A stretch of 64,000 nt of DNA from Vulcanimicrobiota bacterium (lineage in GTDB: Bacteria; Vulcanimicrobiota; Vulcanimicrobiia; Vulcanimicrobiales; Vulcanimicrobiaceae), in NCBI GenBank assembly GCA_963786105.1, contig CAWAXX010000025.1, positions 20,737 through 84,736 on the forward strand, written 5' to 3'. Each line of letters begins with the position of its first letter. The first letter of the stretch is position 1. The notes beneath the pieces were generated by a model, which was not told where the DNA came from, ran no database searches, and saw nothing but the letters and a program-made list of their open reading frames with translations. The position numbers were made by a program, and so were the translations under genes. This document shows, piece after piece, positions 60,284 through 64,000 of this stretch.

Positions 60284-61117
60284 CTAAACGAAATGCGGCT
60301 CGGCCATGCGGCCGACGATTCCGGCATCTCGGGCTCGAGCGAATAAGGCGTGGGCGGCTTCGATTCCGACGTCGCCGAGATCGTCGGTGAATTCGTTGAC
60401 GTAGAGGGCGATGTGTTGCCGGGCGACGTCGTCGCTCATCTCGAACGCGTGCTCGCGAACGTACGGCATGACGTCACCCTCGTTCGCGCGCGCAAACGCG
60501 AGGCTAGCGCGAATGGCGTCGCCGACGGACCGGGCCGTCGCGTCATCGACGTCGTTTCGCACGAGAATGGCCCCGAGCGGAACCGGAAGAAGCGTCATAT
60601 TTTCCCACCATTCGCCGAGATCGGCAATGGCGATCAGTCCGGCCTCGCGGTACGTAAAACGCGATTCGTGAATGATGAGCCCGGCGTCGACCCGGCCTTC
60701 GGCGACTTCTGAAACGATGCGATCGAAGCGCACCTGCACGGTTCTCGGCCGCCGTCCCAGAGCCATCTGCAGCAGGACGAATGCGGTCGTGCGCTCTCCT
60801 GGGATAGCGATTTTTCGCCCGGCGAACTCGGCGAAGAGTGACGGCGATCCGGCCGGACGGGCAACCAGCAGCGGCCCACAGCCGCGGCCCATCGCCCCGC
60901 CCGAGCGAAGAATGCGGTAGCGCTGCGTTAGATAGGGAATCGCACCGTAGCTCACCTTGATGAGTTCGAACTCGCCGCGCGCGGCGGCCGCGTTGAGTTC
61001 GTCGATATCGGCCAAATGCACGCGCACTTCGGGCGCGTCGTCGAGCAAGCCGTTGGCCAACGCAGCGAAGACGTATGTGTCGTTCGGACACGGCGAGTAG
61101 GCCAGCGTCAAACTCAT
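60284..61117 (-). CDS. mqnD: 1,4-dihydroxy-6-naphthoate synthase (futalosine pathway)
   Basis: YSPCPNDT, GCGP, IPG..TTA, IIHESRFTY, DLG.WW, PLG, HI.LYVN. Confidence 0.93.
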   Translation of the reverse strand: MSLTLAYSPCPNDTYVFAALANGLLDDAPEVRVHLADIDELNAAAARGEFELIKVSYGAIPYLTQRYRILRSGGAMGRGCGPLLVARPAGSPSLFAEFAGRKIAIPGERTTAFVLLQMALGRRPRTVQVRFDRIVSEVAEGRVDAGLIIHESRFTYREAGLIAIADLGEWWENMTLLPVPLGAILVRNDVDDATARSVGDAIRASLAFARANEGDVMPYVREHAFEMSDDVARQHIALYVNEFTDDLGDVGIEAAHALFARARDAGIVGRMAEPHFV

Positions 61118-61740
61118 GCCGACCGGCTGCCGGTGGCGTCGACGATCTCGAACAGCGCCTGCGCGACGCGCGCTAAGCCCGAGAGTCCGGCGTCGAAATT
61201 CCAGCCGCTGCGCTCGCGGCTACCGACGCGGTTGGAGATGCCGCGCAGTTCGATCGCCCGGACCCCGGCGCGCTCGCACGCGCGCAGCACCGCAAATCCT
61301 TCCATCGATTCGACCTGTGCGCCGAAACCGGCAAGCCGTCCGGCCGTCTCCTCGCTCGACGTTACTCGCGAAACCGTGACGCCGCGTAGCGAGGTAAAGC
61401 CTCGCGCTTGCAACCGCTCGACCAGCGCGCAATCGGAGTGCGCTTTGTCCACGACCGTTTGCCCGCCGGGAAGCGAAATCGGCCGGCCGTTTTCCAGCGA
61501 AAGCTCGAAGGTCTCCTCGGCGACGACCACGCCGTCGCCCACCAGCGCGGCACCGTCGAACCCGCCGCCGATGCCCGCGTTGACGACGAGGCGGTAGCGC
61601 CGCTGCGCGAGAGCGCGCGCTACCGCCGACGCTGCCTCAACGGGACCGACTCCGGTCACGACGGTTTCTACTCCATACCGGCGCGCCCAATCGCCCAGTT
61701 CGCAATCGACGGCGCACGCTACCAAGACGTCTTTCATCAT
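61114..61740 (-). CDS. mqnB: Futalosine hydrolase
   Basis: GVGPV.AA, NAGI.GGF, ESMEG, ELRGISN.VG.R....W; adjacent to mqnD. Confidence 0.88.
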   Translation of the reverse strand: MMKDVLVACAVDCELGDWARRYGVETVVTGVGPVEAASAVARALAQRRYRLVVNAGIGGGFDGAALVGDGVVVAEETFELSLENGRPISLPGGQTVVDKAHSDCALVERLQARGFTSLRGVTVSRVTSSEETAGRLAGFGAQVESMEGFAVLRACERAGVRAIELRGISNRVGSRERSGWNFDAGLSGLARVAQALFEIVDATGSRSA

Positions 61741-62312
61741 GGCACGCCGATGAACTTGTGGGTTTGCAGCGACAGGCGAAAACGGTGCGGATGGGCTTTC
61801 GCGTACTCGAGTGCGACGGCGACGTTCCGCGGTTTGTTCCCCTCCGGCTGCAGCAAAATAACGGATTTATCGGCAAATTGCGACAGATGCTCTTCGGGAA
61901 CGCGTCCATCGACGATCAGCTTCGCTTCGTCGGCACGGGCGGCCATTCGCGGGTCGACGCGTTCCTTCGGCGAGACGCAAAGCCACACGTCGTCCGGCAG
62001 CGGCGCATAGATCGTGCCGTTGGATTCGACGTGAACGCGCCGACCATCGCGGCGTAGCGCCTCGATGAGGGCTGGCGTTTCGGTTTGGGCCAGAGGCTCG
62101 CCGCCGGTAAGGATCACGGCGGGACAGTCGCCGCCTGCGGCGCGCACTTCTCGCACCACCTCGTCGACGGCGGCGAACGATTTCGTCGAATAATCGGTAT
62201 CGCAAAAATCGCACGCGAGATTGCAGCCGGCCAATCGTACGAAAACCGCCGGCATTCCCGTCCACGTGCCCTCGCCCTGGATGCTGTAAAAGACTTCGGC
62301 CATCGCTAGCAT
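61737..62312 (-). CDS. queE: 7-carboxy-7-deazaguanine synthase
   Basis: E.FYSIQGEG, CNLACDFCDT, LTGGEP, VSPK, LQP, SLQTHK. Confidence 0.93.
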   Translation of the reverse strand: MLAMAEVFYSIQGEGTWTGMPAVFVRLAGCNLACDFCDTDYSTKSFAAVDEVVREVRAAGGDCPAVILTGGEPLAQTETPALIEALRRDGRRVHVESNGTIYAPLPDDVWLCVSPKERVDPRMAARADEAKLIVDGRVPEEHLSQFADKSVILLQPEGNKPRNVAVALEYAKAHPHRFRLSLQTHKFIGVP

Positions 62313-62317
62313 GGGCG

Positions 62318-62704
62318 CTAGCTTTCGGCGGGGTTGGCGGGGTGAAAGTCCGACGAGCGCAGCACGGCGCAGGCGGTGGGCGTTTCCCAGAGCACGAGTT
62401 CGTCCAAGCCGCTCAAGGCCGGCTCCAAACGCTCCCATAGCCACAGGACGATTCGCTCGGCGGTGGGGTTGTCGATGTATTCGTTGAGGCTTTGATGGTC
62501 GAGAACGTCAATCGCGATGCCGTGCACGACGCGATCGATATCGTCGAAGTCGACGATCATTCCGCGTGCGGGACCGTCGGCTTGAATCGGTCCCCGGACG
62601 GCGACCTCAAGCCGATACGAATGCCCGTGCACTCGCGCGCATTTTCCTAGATGAAACGGCAGTGCGTGGGCGGATTCAAACGAAAAATGCTTCCGAATTT
62701 GCAA
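62318..62704 (-). CDS. queD: 6-carboxy-5,6,7,8-tetrahydropterin synthase
   Basis: FESAH, C..VHGHSY, DF, LDH..LN, PTAE, LWET; TTG start. Confidence 0.92.
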   Translation of the reverse strand: MQIRKHFSFESAHALPFHLGKCARVHGHSYRLEVAVRGPIQADGPARGMIVDFDDIDRVVHGIAIDVLDHQSLNEYIDNPTAERIVLWLWERLEPALSGLDELVLWETPTACAVLRSSDFHPANPAES

Positions 62705-62722
62705 ATGTCAGGGATTCTCTCG

Positions 62723-64000
62723 CTATAGGGCGCCTTCGGGGCCCATGCTTTCCAGGCGCTTTTTGAGGTCGGCGAGGAACCCGCTGGCAACGTAGCCGTC
62801 GACCACACGATGGTCGAGCGACAGGCACGAGTTCATCATGTGCCGGATGGCGATCGCGTCGTCGTCGCGGACGACGGGCTGCTTGACGATCGTTTCCATC
62901 GTGAGGATCCCCGCCTGACCGGCGTTGATGATCGGCGCCGATGCCCACGAGCCGTTGGCGCCGTTATTGTTCACCGTAAACGTACCGCCGGCCAAATCGT
63001 CGACGCCGAGCTTGTTCTTGCGCGCCCGATCGATGAGCTCGCCTGCGGCGATGGCCAGCCCGCGAATCGACAGCAGATCGGCGTGCTTGATCACGGGAAC
63101 GACGAGATTGGTGGCCAAACCGATGGCTACGCCGACGTTCACGTCCTTGTTGACGTAGATCCCCTCGGACGTGAACTTTGCGTTCATCAACGGGAAAGCT
63201 GCCAGCGACTCGATGGCGGCGCGCATGAAGAACGGCAGCAACGTCAGCTTATAACCGGTCTCTCGCTCGAAGCGATCCTTCTCGCGCGAACGCCATTTCC
63301 ACACGTTGGTCACGTCGATCTGAACCATCGACCACGCGTGCGGAGCCGCGTGCTTGCTCTCGACCATGCGTTCGGCGATGATGCGGCGCGCTTGCGTGAG
63401 CGGGATCGTCATGCCCGGAATCGGCTTACCGTAGCTCGGTACGCCGGTTGCGGGTACGCCAGCCGGCGTTGCGGGTACGGGCGCGGCCGTCGCCCCACTA
63501 GTCGCGGCGAGAACGTCCTGTGCGGTGACTCGTCCGTTCGCGCCGCTTCCTTTGAGAGTGCGAATGTCGATGCGATGCTCGCGTGCCAAGCGGCGTACCG
63601 CCGGAGACGCCGCGCGCAACGCGGTTTCGGTGTCACCCGCAAGCGGGCTTGCGGCTCCGCTGCCGTTCGTCGACGGCGTCTGCGACGGGTTGGCCGAAGC
63701 GACCGGCGGAGGAGCGGATTGCGGGGCCGACTCGGCGGGGTCCGGCGCGGCGGCTGCGGCGCCCACTTCGTCGATGACCGCGATTGGTGTTCCGGTAGCG
63801 ACGGTTTCGCCTTCCTTCACCAGCACTTCGCGGATCGTTCCGGTTACCGGCGATGGAACTTCGGCGTTGACTTTATCGGTCGAAACCTCGACGAACGCTT
63901 CGTACTTCTCGACCGAATCGCCGATCTTCTTGAGCCACTGCGCGACGGTTCCCTCGGTGACGGTCTCACCGAGCTGAGGCATCGTAATCGTGGTAGCCAT
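62723..64000 (-). CDS. Dihydrolipoamide acyltransferase (E2) of a 2-oxoacid dehydrogenase, probably branched-chain
   Basis: MPQLGE.V.EGT, TDKV lipoyl Lys, SPAVRRLA..H, GGTFTVNN, DHRVVDG. Confidence 0.93.
   Translation of the reverse strand: MATTITMPQLGETVTEGTVAQWLKKIGDSVEKYEAFVEVSTDKVNAEVPSPVTGTIREVLVKEGETVATGTPIAVIDEVGAAAAAPDPAESAPQSAPPPVASANPSQTPSTNGSGAASPLAGDTETALRAASPAVRRLAREHRIDIRTLKGSGANGRVTAQDVLAATSGATAAPVPATPAGVPATGVPSYGKPIPGMTIPLTQARRIIAERMVESKHAAPHAWSMVQIDVTNVWKWRSREKDRFERETGYKLTLLPFFMRAAIESLAAFPLMNAKFTSEGIYVNKDVNVGVAIGLATNLVVPVIKHADLLSIRGLAIAAGELIDRARKNKLGVDDLAGGTFTVNNNGANGSWASAPIINAGQAGILTMETIVKQPVVRDDDAIAIRHMMNSCLSLDHRVVDGYVASGFLADLKKRLESMGPEGAL

Noticed and set aside
61737..62704. 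queD/queE as part of a 7-deazaguanine DNA-modification (dpd) defence island
   Set aside because: No dpdA/tgtA5 or other defence genes nearby; the context is housekeeping.
62705..62722. preQ1 riboswitch before queD-queE
   Set aside because: The gap is only 18 nt and lacks the aptamer motif.

Overview
High-GC, densely coded bacterial chromosomal window, mostly housekeeping. The gene order (glyQS-ppdK-[HD]-dnaG-rpoD), the futalosine menaquinone genes and the many Pro/Ser/Thr-linker secreted hypotheticals suggest a Terrabacteria-type soil lineage, possibly Eremiobacterota/Vulcanimicrobiota (inference only). The most striking feature is at the left edge and is missed by the ORF track. A minus-strand serine recombinase (YVRVST...KLDRLTR, start 501, running off the edge) has a perfect 12-2-12 palindrome abutting its RBS. 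It lies directly after a well-initiated gene that stops abruptly just after a GDPH (VWD-like) motif, which suggests a recombinase element interrupting that gene. Other points of interest: a kamB-kamC-kce lysine-catabolism module, an orphan RND pump with about 4 extra TM helices, a type III PKS + ICMT-like methyltransferase pair, two adjacent apparently catalytically dead enzymes (beta-propeller/phosphoesterase and DDAH-like) in one operon, and a YtpB-like C35 terpene synthase in the same operon as mqnB/mqnD. RNA and regulatory features include the prfB programmed +1 frameshift, one tRNA-Leu(GAG) and two REP-like palindromes. Many genes between about 15.6 and 25.3 kb (plus prfB, dnaG and the M1 aminopeptidase) carry indels or a stop that look like assembly errors rather than real pseudogenes. 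No CRISPR array or rRNA was seen.
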